DNA of 64,000 nucleotides, from assembly GCA_000708835.1 (NCBI GenBank), contig DF237130.1, positions 96,994 to 160,993 on the forward strand, read 5' to 3'. Under the pieces are notes generated by a model. It made no database searches and had not been told where the DNA came from. It worked only from the letters and a program-made list of their open reading frames with translations. Of this stretch, positions 26,067 to 38,676 are shown piece after piece (positions within the stretch are counted from its first letter, which is position 1; each line of letters begins with the position of its first letter). The position numbers were made by a program, and so were the translations under genes. Source of the DNA: Klebsormidium nitens. Taxonomy: Eukaryota; Plantae; Klebsormidiophyceae.

Positions 26067-29000
26067 ATGGCCCCAGGAATGCCTGGCCCAGACAATTACA
26101 GTGAGTGACTCCAGATACAAGTCTTCTTCGTATGAGTGTCCTCACTATTACATGGTTAGTCCGTGCTCTTGACATTGAGTTTCCTGGCAAGATGGGGTTG
26201 AAGTCTGCCCAGCAGCTCTGAAAGCCGAGAGTTCGAACTCATGCTGCCCTGACGAAGAACACAACTGTTGCATCTTGGCTGATCAAACGCCGACGTTGCC
26301 AGTGAAAGAGCCACAACAGTAGTGGTTCTTCTTTGGTGGTGCTCCTTTTCTACTCATAAGTCACATTCACATGCTGGCGGTTCTGTACTGCTCTGCATTT
26401 GTTTGCATGGTCATGACATTCAGCTTTTCTTAAGCTGTAGTCATCCATATCAAATGTGATCTGGCAAGTCACTAGGCGACTGTTGCTTTTGCAGCTCAAA
26501 CTGAAGCAGTGGTGACCAAGGCCATGGATGCTGCCCCTGCTGTGCCCCTCCGTCCTCGGCGGTCAGCCGCGCCTGCCAGCTTCAAGGAGGAGCGGGTAGA
26601 CCTGGGGGAGCGCTACGCCAAGGTGCGTGTGGTCAAGGAGGAGAACGCCGCGGATGAGGACAAGGCTGTCCTTGCAACCAGCAAAGATCTCCCCGGGCCT
26701 GTTGGAGAGCTGCCTCAGCGTCGGCTCCTGGATTTCCAGTTCCAGACTCAGGAGGGCAAGCCGCAGAGTCTAAGTGCAATAGACCGGGAGCCGCTCTTCA
26801 TCAGTGCGCTTGTGGTCCCTTTTACTGGCCCACTGGACAAGAAGCACGGAGTGCGCTGCGAGGGCTTCGGCGCTGTAATCGAGTGGAAGCTGGGGGGCGT
26901 CGGTGGCCCGTTGGCGGCCGGCGTGTGGGTGTTCACACAGACGGGAGCGTACCTGTGTGCCAAACCTGCGGGCACGTACAAGCGGCTGTTCACACCGTTT
27001 GAGGAGATGGCGGAGCTGTGTGCGGAGCTGTACCGTGGGCTGGTCAAGGCGCAGGGGGGGGACCCAGAGGCGAGCCTCGACGAGCTGCTGGCCAAGATTG
27101 CCAGGGAGACCAGCGGCAAGGCAGGGCGCCGCCTGACGCGCGACGCTTTTCTGAAGCACGGGGTGGCCCTTGTGGAGCAGCTCGCCAAGTTGGATAAGAA
27201 GGACAAGAAGGGCAAGGGCACCGCGCTGCTGTGGGAAGCGATGCCCGCGCTAGTGAGCTTGAAGGAGCAGGCGGTGCGCAGGGAAGCAGAGGCGGGGCTG
27301 CCCAGCGTGAATGTGAACGGGGGCATCGTGATCAAGGAGAGGGAGGAGGGAGCGGCGCCGGCGGAGCTGACAGAGGATGAGAAGCTGGCGAGGAAGCTCC
27401 AGGCAGAGGCCAACAAGGTGCCGGGGCAGCGCAGACGGGCAGCGCAGCCCAAGCAGAAGGTGGGCACTCACGGGTGCTGGCGCAGTGTCTGGCCACTTGG
27501 GGTTTCTTGGTTTTCTTGGGTGGTTATATCTTGCAACTCAAACATTGTGCTTCTTTTTCTTTCCTTTTCACGCTTCGTTGGAGCGGAATCACCTGCTGCA
27601 TTCGTCATCGAGCCGGCAAAAAGAGGCGCCGCTTGGGCGAATTGTCCACCATGGTGCCCAGACAATCTAGAAAAGGTTGTGTCAACCTTTCCTGAAAATC
27701 TCCTGACCTTGCCCGTGCATTTTGCAGGTGTACATCAAGATCAGTGAGGACGAGATTGCAGACGACTACCCCGAGCCCACCTTCTACAAGATGGAGGATG
27801 AGGAGATGGACGAGTACCTGCTCAACGAGGATGACATCACCTTACCAGAGCACCTCCCACGCAGGTGGGGACCCCCTGATTGCAACTGTTTGCCCTATTC
27901 TCGAGTGTCTCGGTGGAAATCTAGAGTTCTGAACTTGGCAGCCCAAGCTAGAATACATGCAACGCTTCTAAACTCCTTCCATCCATTCTGTCAACGAGTG
28001 AAACGCCAACATAGGCTCTGCAGTTGGCCTGGGATGGTGTGCAGGGCTTAGAGAAGTCAGGACAAATCCGGGTGAAGGAGGATCTAAATTGACAAATTTC
28101 TGCACTTCCTTCTTATTCTCCTGATTTCAGCGGGGGTTCTCGATTTCTATTCGGCAACGACGCCTGAAAGACTGTGCCACGTCTTCATTGCCCTGACCAG
28201 GACGTTTGCGCCCCTTTCCCCAGGATCCTGTCCGACTTTGTGTTCTACAACTCGGACCACCGCCTGATCCCACTCGAGGTACTCCCCATGCTGGCCAACG
28301 TGGAGACGGATGTTGAGATCTTTGGCTCCGGCCAAATGACCGAGGACGACGGGAACGCCGACTGGCAAGGGGAGGAGGCTGTCCTCGAAGTTGCTCCAGG
28401 CCCTGTCACCACTGCGGATGCTTCCGGAAGTGGCGCCGGCAGCTCAGCAGCCGGTGCCTCCTCTTCTGGCGGGGCCTCTTCCTCTGCTGGGGCCGGCTCT
28501 TCCTCTGGCGCGGGGGGTTCTTCCGCCAGCGGAAGCGCCCCCTCAGAGAAGGAGGGCATCCGGCTGTACCTGGGCGCGGTGAAGGAGTGGATGATCGAGT
28601 TTGGCGCGGGCATGCTGTTCCTGTCCATTCGCACGGACGGTGCCTGGTATCGGCTCAGCCAGCCCTCACCGCAGTATGAGCGCTGGTACCAGCCCGTGCT
28701 CAAGACGGCACGCCTAGCGGTGAGGCAGCGCCACACAGTGGTCGTTGGTTGTTAACAAGGGTTCGTAGAGGATAAACGTGCTAGTTTAGCCTGGAACAAT
28801 TCCATGCTTTCGGTTTTCAGGCATGGAGGTGCCCGATGTTGATCAAAGTTAGCACCTTTTCCGATACAAGCAGCACAGAGGACTGTCCGGGAGCAGGAAC
28901 TTGGTTCCGAAGCAGGGGAAAACAACACCCACGCAGTAACCAGGATGGATATAAAACCCTTGACTTTTTTCACTGAATTCTGGAAAAGGGGGCAGAGACG

Positions 29001-32000
29001 TCACCAACACTATCTTCAAGGTCGAGTGCCGCAAAGTTGTGTTTTGCCATGAGAAAACCCTAAGTATCATCTCATCTGCTTCGCTGCAGATCAAGATCAT
29101 CACCATGCTCAAGGCGGAGTCGCGCGTCTCCCGCCTGTGCTTCGCTGACGTGATCAAGCGGCTGGCGGAGCAGCCGGCGGAGGCGCCGACGTTTGTGTCG
29201 AGCAAGCTGGGCGCAGTGGAGAAGTACTGCGTCGTTCACGGGCAGATCATTTTGCAGCAGCTCCGCGAGTACCCTGACAAGCTCATCCAGCAGAGCGCGT
29301 TTGGGGCCGGCCTCGTGGCCAAGATGGAGGCGCGCCAGCATACGAAGCTCGCGCTGTCCAAGAAGAAACTCAAGGTGGGGTGCCAGTTGAAAGGCAGATG
29401 ATGTCGGTAACTAAATTGAAGCAGACGGAATTACGCTTTCGCTGGGAACAAACGGGTCGAAGAACTGATTACGGCTACTTGGAGATTCAAGGGCAGCTAC
29501 GAGCTTGTATCGTGTAGTAAGTTGGTTTCTAGTCTTGGGCTAACTCTTTGAGGTTAGAAGCCCATCTGAACGGAAACAAGTTTTGGGCTCTTCCAACTCA
29601 AGGGCATTTTGGAAGCTGAACCGCACTTTCGGCACTTACAGCGGAACGAAAGCAGAGTAAGTCTTATCGAATGCCTCTCGAAAGCCGGCCAGGCTGTCCT
29701 TGCGGCATATCGTATGTTCCTCCGGCAGCCCCTCACCGGCTCCGCTTCTTCCACAGGTGCTGCGTGGTCGCAACCGCAACCCGAGCGCCAACAACCGGCC
29801 GGACGCCACTAAACGACGACCAATGCGCGCCACGACGACGGAGCTGGTGCACCGCATCTGGGCCGGCTTCTACGCGGAGAAAGCCGCGGAGGAGGCGCGG
29901 GGCGCGGCCGCGGAGGGCGGCGCTGACGAGGAGATCCGCGAGGTGGAGGACGTGGAAAACGAGGAGCAGGAAGAGGAGACGGTGCTGGCCGGGGATAGCG
30001 GCCGCAGGCGCGGGCTGCAGTCGCCGCTGGGGAAACGGAAGGCGGCGGTCAAGGTGGAGTGGGCGGGAAAACCGATTGGCACGGGGGAGAAGAACTGTGC
30101 GCTGTATGCTGCGGCTGTCGTGGGCGGGAACGAGGTGCGCGTGGGGGCTGCGGTGGCGATTGGCGAAGAGGGGGCCGGCGGGGACGTGTTGCCGGATATC
30201 GTGGTGGTGCAGTATTTGTACGAGGGCCGGCGCGGCGAGAAGATGCTGCACGGGCGCTCGCTCGAGAGGGGCGCCGACACCGTGCTGGGAAATGCGGCCA
30301 ACGAGAGGGAGCTCTTTCTGGTGGACAGGTAAGGCGCCGCCTGCACTGGTCGCCTGCATCGTAACTCGTCACGGACTTCTGCTTGTCTGTAAGTGGTTCG
30401 GAATGAGAGCAAGATTTGTCGCTCTTGGGACGGGTTCCGCTTTTCAGTCTGCATTTGATGTCTTTTCAAAAGGATTTGGCCTTCTCTCTGTCGAGTCTCT
30501 TAATAGCTGAGTCTCCTGGTCCGGTTTGGACCTTGTTGGGTTTTCTGTATGCTTCCGCTTTGCTTCGCTTCGTCTCAGTCTCTCCCTTCAAAAGGCTGTC
30601 TTCCCCCATCTGTTTGTGACTCTTCTGTTTTGCGTCTGCTCCTGCTGTGAATCTTTCTTTTCTATTTGCCTTTCGTCACTGGTCATTTATACGATGAAAT
30701 CCTGCCTACTTAAAAGTTCGAAGTCTTTCTCGTGTTGGGCTCTTGCAATAGAAAAAGAATCACACTTCCGAACACATCGTTTTAGCCTATCACGTCTCGT
30801 GCAACAGCATCTTCTGACTCCTCGAGGTCAATTCCCGCTCCTATACGCACTGGCGGTCCCTTCTTAATCAGTTGCCGATCTCCTTCCGCCCTGCCAGGTG
30901 CGTGGACGTCGCCCTAGAGACGGTGCTGGAGCCCGTGGTGGCCACCCGGCGAGTGCGCCCCTTTTCGTACCTGGACCGCAAGGAAAACGCCGCGCTCGAC
31001 CAGGCGGACGCGGAGCGCGCGCGCGTGCGCAAGGAGGCGGGGGAGCCGACCGAGTACTTTTACCGGGCGCTGTACAAGCCGGAGATGGGCGCGTTTGTGG
31101 CGCTGCCGGACGATGACGAGGAGAATGAGCGGGCCAGGACGGGCGAGTGCCCCGTGTGCGACGAGGAGCGGCGCGAAGCGGAGAGGCTCGCCACGGTCGT
31201 GCTACCAGACGGAAAGGTCAGAGGGATGATCCTTCGAGCGGTTGGATCTCATCTTGAGCTCATTGCGATCCGTCCTGTGCTCTCATTCGAGCGGCCTGCC
31301 GAAATGTTATTTTCCGTAGTTAGCGGAAGATTTGGAATGACTGGGAGGACCAAACTTTGAGGGAGTTCTGTTTGGCCAGCACTGCCCCATGCCACTTCGC
31401 CTCACATGATTCGTCTCTCGAGGAGCGATTATCGGCTCAAGCATCCCCTTATTCTACGATTGTAAACCACCAGACCGTGCTCCATTCCGCGAGAAGTCAG
31501 ACAGCCCATTCCTCCGGCCCGCTTTACAAAGCAACTGCGAGAGAGAATTTGCAATTTCCGCCGATTCTAATCCACTCCGCACTTTGCTACTTACCAGAGA
31601 CGGTCCAATCGTGCTATTAAACGGCGACAGTCCCCTCGTGCAGGGTTTCCGGCACGGCGGCATCAGCTACTGCGTGGGCGACTTTTGTTACCTGGCCCCC
31701 GCCACGCTCCCTGACTCGGCCGCCTCCGATGACGACGACGACGCTGACGTCATCTCCCACAAGGGCAGCCGCAACGTGGGCATCCGCCCGTTTCAGGTGG
31801 CGCGCCTCGAGGGGGTCGCGGCCGCGGCGGGCCGCAAGGGCGAGCCGCGGGCGCCCGGCAAACTGCGCGTGCGGCGCTTCCTGCGAGCGGAGGACACGGG
31901 CATGGCGCCGGAGGAGGTCTACCGCCACGATACCAAAGAGGTGCGCCGCCGCCGCTCTAACAGCACTGTGTGAATGTGCACTTTTCGGACTGGTCACACG

Positions 32001-35000
32001 GGGATCTGGAAGCATGAACGCGTCGAGCGTCTCGGTCTTGTCCTGCTTCGCTTGGTCGGTGCCCATAGGCTGCGAGCTATTGATGTAAAATATTCTGAGC
32101 TGAGCATCAGCTTTTCTGACCTATGGTATCGCAGTAGGATTTCTCGACGAATTTGCATTGCCTGATCGCACATCTAGGAAGCATGCGGTACAAGCGTGCG
32201 GATGCCAAAGACCGAGAGTCCAAGTCAATCAACAGCAATCTGCTTCGAAGCGCTACCAATCTGAACAACAATATGCAGCAACGATCGTCGAGACAAGATC
32301 CACATGGCTTTGTCTCCAGGCAGATTTTGGAGCACATGTCTTGCGTGAACTTTAGCCTACTCCCCCCATTCGGTGCGCAGGTGGTGTACAGCGAGGTGGT
32401 CCGCTCGGTGGACGTGTCGTCCGTGGTGGGCCGCTGCGAAGTGAGGCGGCCGAGTGAAATAGGCGACCTGGCGGCGTACCACGAGCGGGACAACACTTTC
32501 GTGTGCGTGGCCAAGTGGGACGCCAAGGCACGAGCCAAGAAACAGGTGCGCATCCGCCAATTACCGCCCGGCAAAGGCCGCTAAGACATTCGGGGGTCTG
32601 CCTACAGGAGGCTCGCATGTCTTTCAAACATGGCGGCCCTGCAATGCTTTCAGCATGATGGGGCTGAAGTAAAACGTACTTTCGCCCGTGCCAATCAGAG
32701 GCCTGATGATGAATCAAGGTGGTGTGCCAAGAACTTTTCATATCGCGCTTCGCTGACCATTCTTCGTCTGCCAGAGGGTCCGTCGATTGTAGCTTGCAAA
32801 GACCCTCTCGGTCTGGGCTGCCACTGGCCTTCGCTTGAACTGATCTCGTATTATGCTGCTTGAATGAGCCCTGACCGCTGAGGGCCTAACTGTGCAGCTC
32901 GACGCTGACATAATCCTGGGGGGAACGGAGCCGATGGAGACGTGCGAGGCGCCGGCGCGCGCGCGGGCGGCTGCGAAGGGCAAGGGCAAGGCGGTGGAAG
33001 GGGCAGAGGACATGGACACGGAGGGGCAGAGCGGGGACGACGGCAAGCTGGCCACGCTGGATATCTTTGCCGGCTGCGGCGGACTATCGGAAGGACTGCA
33101 ACAGTCAGGTGGGCCGCCCAGAGGCTTCGAAGCCCTTGCACCTGGCCGGGGAACCTCGATTCTTTTCTTCGGGACTGTTTGCGTTTGTAGCGAGAAGGGC
33201 AAGTAAGCCCTTCACCGCGGTGGTTTGAGGACAATCTATACTTCAAACCAGCCTTAAACAATGGGAGTACAGTACTCGGTACTCGGTACTCGGTACTCGG
33301 GACTCGGTACTCGGCCTGCAACTTCAAGTAAGGACACACAGCCCGGCCGCTTTCGCGCGTGACCTGCCTCACTGCACTGGACTTCCGTGGCGGCCAGCCT
33401 GCCCTGGTGCCAAGGCGACCCGTGTCGCTCGTTTCGCTTTGACTATCAGGATGCTCACTTTCTGCCAAGGCCGCTCACGTGAGTTTTTGTGGTTGGTGTG
33501 CAGGCGTGTCCCGCACGCGGTGGGCCATCGAGTATGAGCAGCCCGCGGCGGACGCCTTCAAGCTGAACCACCCCGACGCAGAAGTGTTCTGCGAAAATTG
33601 CAACGTCGTGCTGCGGTAAGCGCGCGGTCTCAGCCCGTTGCTTTCAGGCCCCTGTTCTGGCGCGGTCCTTGAACCGGACAAGGATTGCACCGGGGAGGGG
33701 AGCTCCTGGGAAACATTTTGTCAACTAATATGCTGCGAATTGCTTCGAGAAGATATGTTTAGTGACATGAGATAGATGTGTCTAGCTTTCCAACGTCCTC
33801 CGTCCGACGCCCGAGCACAGCTGCCACACTTGCTCACCTGCAAACCCTGCCCGCTTGCAGGGCGGCCATGGAGGAAGGCGGCGACGCGGCGGGCTGCAAG
33901 AGCACCCCGGAAGCAGAGGAGGGCGCCGCGGCTTTCGACGCCGACAAGCGTGCCAGGCTGCCCCGCCCCGGCCAGGTCGACTTTATCAACGGGGGCCCGC
34001 CCTGCCAGGTGAACACGCCTCCCTGCTGCTTGCATTATTGACAGATTTCCAATTTTGCTTTCCTTCCCTTCGATTGGGATTCGTTCTCAAGTCTACAGTA
34101 AGCAGCATTAGACAGCCTGCACACAAACTTGCATGGCAGACAACGTCATGCCGGAAACGCCGACTTCTGCTTTCGGAAGAACTGCTTGCTGAAAACGTGT
34201 GTTGTCGCCATAGAAAGATTCTGCTCAACACCTTGGAATATGTCCTATCTCCGCTGCATTCCTCATCTAGCCAAACACTATACGGCGAGCTATCTTTTGA
34301 GTACAATGTAACCGAAGCTGACAGTTTTATATCAACTGAGCCCTCTGAATCTGACGTGGCATGCCCGTGTTGTTGGCAGGGCTTCTCCGGCATGAACCGG
34401 TTCAACACGGGGGCGTGGAGCAAGGTGCAGTGCGAGATGATCCTGGCGTTTTTGTCTTTCGCGGACTACTTCCGGCCGCGCTTCTTCCTGCTGGAGAACG
34501 TGCGCAACTTCGTCTCCTTCAACAAGGGCCAGACCTTCCGCCTCACGCTCGCCTCGCTCCTCGAAATGGGATATCAGGTGACCGCCCGCACGCACAGCTT
34601 GTGAAGCAAGTGGCCGCAGGAACTTTGGATAGCAGCCATAGCAGCCAGAGGGGCAACGCGTCGCGACTCCTTTGGGCTTGCCACATGAGACCCTGGCATG
34701 GGAAATGCAGTATCGCAACATAAGCTGGACAGAACAAAAAGTCGTTGACAACCCTCCTACCATGCTGGAGCTGCTTTTGGTCAGGCAGTTACTCCTAGGG
34801 TGTGCTCTTTCGTTGACTTTAAGTCCAAGCGCAGTGCGAGAATTCCTTGAGCCGCTTTCAAGTCCGGCAACGGCTTGAGCGGTGCTGCCGGGTGGGTGCA
34901 GGTCCGCTTCGGCGTGCTGCAGGCGGGCAACTACGGCGTGTCGCAGTCGCGCAAGCGCGCCTTCATCTGGGCGGCCGCGCCGGGCGAGGTCCTCCCCGAG

Positions 35001-37300
35001 TGGCCCGAGCCCAGCCACGTCTTCCTCTCCGCGCAGCTCAAGGTCACGCTCCCAGGTAAAGCCGCGCACCGCCCCGCCAACGGGCGCAGCAGAAACAGCC
35101 CGAGCTGCGGCCCTCCGGGAGTGGCTAGACTGGCCTGCACGCACGCCCGGTGTATTAGTTTGCAAAGTGCATTGCGTTCCTTCAGCCGGTTTTATAGTCT
35201 GGAGGGTATTCTCGTAAAACCTTCACGATTCCGAAAAGTGTCCTTCCGAAAAAGTCTCCTAAGCAAATCGAGTTCTCCTGCCGCTCCACTTGAACATTCT
35301 GAGCCGGCTGTAGCAACAAGTGACAGGAGACAACGCTGATTTCAGCAAAATGGTTCTTTCAAAATCAAAAGCATTCAGAATCTGAGAACGAAAGAGGTGG
35401 TCATATATTCGTATATTCGTTTCAACTGGTCCGCTCTGTTAAGTCAGATCAAGCGACCCTTGTTAGTCTCCCATTTGTCATCGTCGCTGAATCCGATGTT
35501 CCAACCCGTGCAGGCGGCATCCAGTACGCGGCTGTCCGGGACGGCCGCGAGGGCGCGCCCCTGCGCAGCGTGACGGTGCGCGACACCATCGGGGACCTGC
35601 CGCCCGTGACCAACGGCGCAGCGCAGGAGGACATCCCGGTGAGCCACTCGCCCGACTCTGCCTCGAGCGTTGCGCCTACAGAAAGCCGGCGTCTACAATG
35701 TCGCTGCAACATTTGCCAATACGACTCTTCTCGCAGGCTTCGGAAAGGGTTGTCCGGCCTTAATCCTTGTTTACGGTTATCTCTTGAATTAATCTGAGGC
35801 AAGGAACGTAAGCGGCAGCGGTCACCCAGGAAGCAATGCTGTGCTGTTTTTGTGTAGCGAATCCGAAGCAAGCCCGTCATCCTTTTCGAGTCCTCTCAGG
35901 AGCTGAGGTGTGATTCTGTGCCTCTGGTGCAGTACGGGGAGGCTCCCGTGTCGACGTTCCAGCGTGCCATCCGCGGTGACGAAACGCGGCTGGTGGACCA
36001 CATCGCGAAGGAGATGAACGAGCTCAACCTGCTGCGCTGCCAGCACGTGCCGCGCGAAACCGCCGGCGCCGACTGGCGCGTCCTCAAAACCCTACCCACC
36101 GAAGTTCGCATGGTGAGTGCAGGAAGGAACGCGCCGGCAGGGCGCCCCAAGAAACCGCATAGCAGGAGGCCGCGAGGGCGGCTGCTATATGGAGATACGG
36201 AGGTCTTAACTTCGGACTAGTCCCTCTCCAGTTGTCTTGGACCGCCGCAGGGAAAGAGTGCTAAGCTCAGGCAACGATGAGGCGGCCGTTAAGCCCGTTT
36301 CTTCGCATTCTGAGCCTGCCCAAGCGTCTGGTCTGCTGAGGGCACTGAATTGAAAGTTGCAGGCATGCCTCGCTTTTCAAAGTCTTGTTTCCTGCCCGCT
36401 CGCCTGCTTTTGCTCACGGCGCGTGCGGGTGCGCGGTGCAGGTGACGCTGAGCAACGGGCAGGTGGAGGACCTGGTGCCGTGGTGTTTGCCCAACACGGC
36501 GGAGCGGCACAACGAGTGGAAGGGCCTCTTCGGACGGCTGGACTGGAACGGCAACTTCCCGACGTCCGTCACCGACCCGCAGCCCATGGGCAAAGTGGGC
36601 ATGTGCTTCCACCCCTACCAGGACCGCATCGTCACAGTGCGCGAGTGCGCGCGCTCCCAGGTCAGGCCCACGCGAAGTCGGCCGCTTAAGTGCCTGGAAG
36701 GAGCCGTAATCTGTTGAATTTCTTAGTAGAAACAGTGCACCGTGCCAGCTGCACCGATGTCAATCTTACCGCACGTGGGCGGCCACTCTGGCAACGACGT
36801 CGGCGTGACTGAATTTTGGTTACAGCGAAGGCGACCAAAGCAAACCTGCTCGAGGCTAACTCTTGTCGCGAGCAGCTGTCTGCTCCGCTGTTCAAGCAGA
36901 ACTGCAAACCGCGCAAAGCTTATCCCTGATTCGAATCACTGGTCCAAGTCACTGACACGAGGCGCATCATTTCGTTCTCGACTGATTTGCGTCTCCTATG
37001 CTTTCTTGAAAGGTGAAGCGGCTCAGACCAGGCTTTCCATCCAGTTCCTCGTCTTTGCCTTCTGCTTGAGATCCTGTTTGACGTTTGACTCTGGTTGCTG
37101 TGGATCGGATTCGGAGTCGTGCTCTTCTCTGTTGAGATGCCTGACATGTTTTCTCTGCACAGGGTTTCCCGGATCGGTACCGGTTTAGCGGAACGATCCA
37201 GGCCAAGCATCGGCAGATTGGGAACGCTGTGCCGCCTCCCCTGGCCAAGGCACTGGGCAAGAAGCTCAAGGAGGCCGTCGAGAAGGCAAACGGATACTGA
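26067..37300 (+). CDS. MET1: DNA (cytosine-5)-methyltransferase 1, plant MET1/DNMT1 type
   Basis: Two RFTS-like domains (~26700-27200, ~28200-28720), two BAH regions (~30050-32520), KGKGK linker and catalytic motifs [19 protein letters not shown]|[32 protein letters not shown]|[15 protein letters not shown]. Stop at 37300 is firm; the 5' start at 26067 is tentative. Confidence 0.95.
33272..33313. repeat. Heptamer tandem repeat (GTACTCG)x6 in a MET1 intron
   Basis: Five perfect units plus one GGACTCG, read directly. Confidence 0.9.
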
Positions 37301-38676
37301 AGATTATTCTCATGACGTGCAGCCGAGACTGCTATCGAGTTGTTCCAACGTCTCAAACGAGTTGTACTTAGCTAGACGCGGCCTGTTGAGGACACCGATT
37401 GTAACTCGTTATCAGCCTTATCCAACGTGTTATTAGGTGACCGCTTGCCATCGCATAGACAAAGCTACTGGAGCAGTGGGTCGACCACTACTAAATGCAG
37501 GCTTGCCTCATTGATTTGCTGAGCAAAGTCACAATTGGAAGACAGAATCACATTGTTCGTTTGTGCGCGTTTAATATTGCGGGTACAGTGACTCAACGTG
37601 ACCAAGCCATGCAAGCCTGGCCACCTTTGTTACGAGCTTGAATTTGAAGTATGAAATTTCATGCGCAGCATGAAATTTAACCCAGCCTGCGCGCGGGCCG
37701 TGCCAGGCCGGACCCAGGCCTGGCACGGCATGTGGCGGACAGCCGCGGCCGCCCGGGCCAGCTCGAATCAAGTTGCTCGAACTGCAATATATCAATTTGA
37801 TGCAAAATCAACATACGAGTACGACGTACCGCACAACCATATCGCATCGTGTAGAATCATACCGTACCGTTCATGCGCGCGCGTGTGCAACTTGGCAACT
37901 TGAAGGGATGTGACCGGACGGCCGCCGGCCACCATGGCCAGGGCGGCCCGGGCAGCAATCTGAGTCAGACTGTCACCTTTCAAGTAATCACATGTATTCA
38001 GAGCTGATCGCCGCTCGGCGCTTCGATCACCGCTGGAGCCTAAATTAATCATGAGTTCGGAGCAGACTCAATATTGAGCAATCTACATACGCACGTGGCT
38101 GATATCGTATAAACTAGGCCATGTCGAGCTAGTTATCAAGCAGGCCCCGCAGCGATTGGTTCGGAAGTGACGTACAGGATTAAGTTGGCATCCAGCTATG
38201 CACGATACCGTGAATCGAGTTACCATCTTATGCAAGGGGCACTTGAATTGGACTTTAAAGGGCTATACCTGGTTCTCAGCTTACCATACATCTAATTCCA
38301 CCCAAACGTCTTGCAAAAGAACGGCTGGGGCTAAGCCCGCAAACAGGTACTCTAACAAGATCGCTAACTATAGTCATTCCAACTCTTACGATAAGCCTCC
38401 CTGTAAGCAGGCTGGTTAGCACAATCACACCTGGTTTGCATCCGCCTCCAAGCTGCTAGAAGTCAAGGCGGTATGCGCGAGGTGGGCTCCGGGTGCCTTA
38501 GTTGCATCAACAACGTCATTTATCGCACCGTCCTACGGCACCTGTTTGCAAGAAGACCTAAGCTCAGCAACAACCCACTATCGCTCCTAGAAGTATCTGC
38601 AACTTGAAGCACCTTTGTAATTCACCATAACACTTATCAGACTTCAGGTAACACACATTAGCCTAAAGCAGATGCT

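Noticed and set aside
26509-37300. Possibility that the methyltransferase is transposon-borne
   Set aside because: Intron-rich full MET1 architecture with no adjacent RT, integrase or terminal repeats indicates the host gene.
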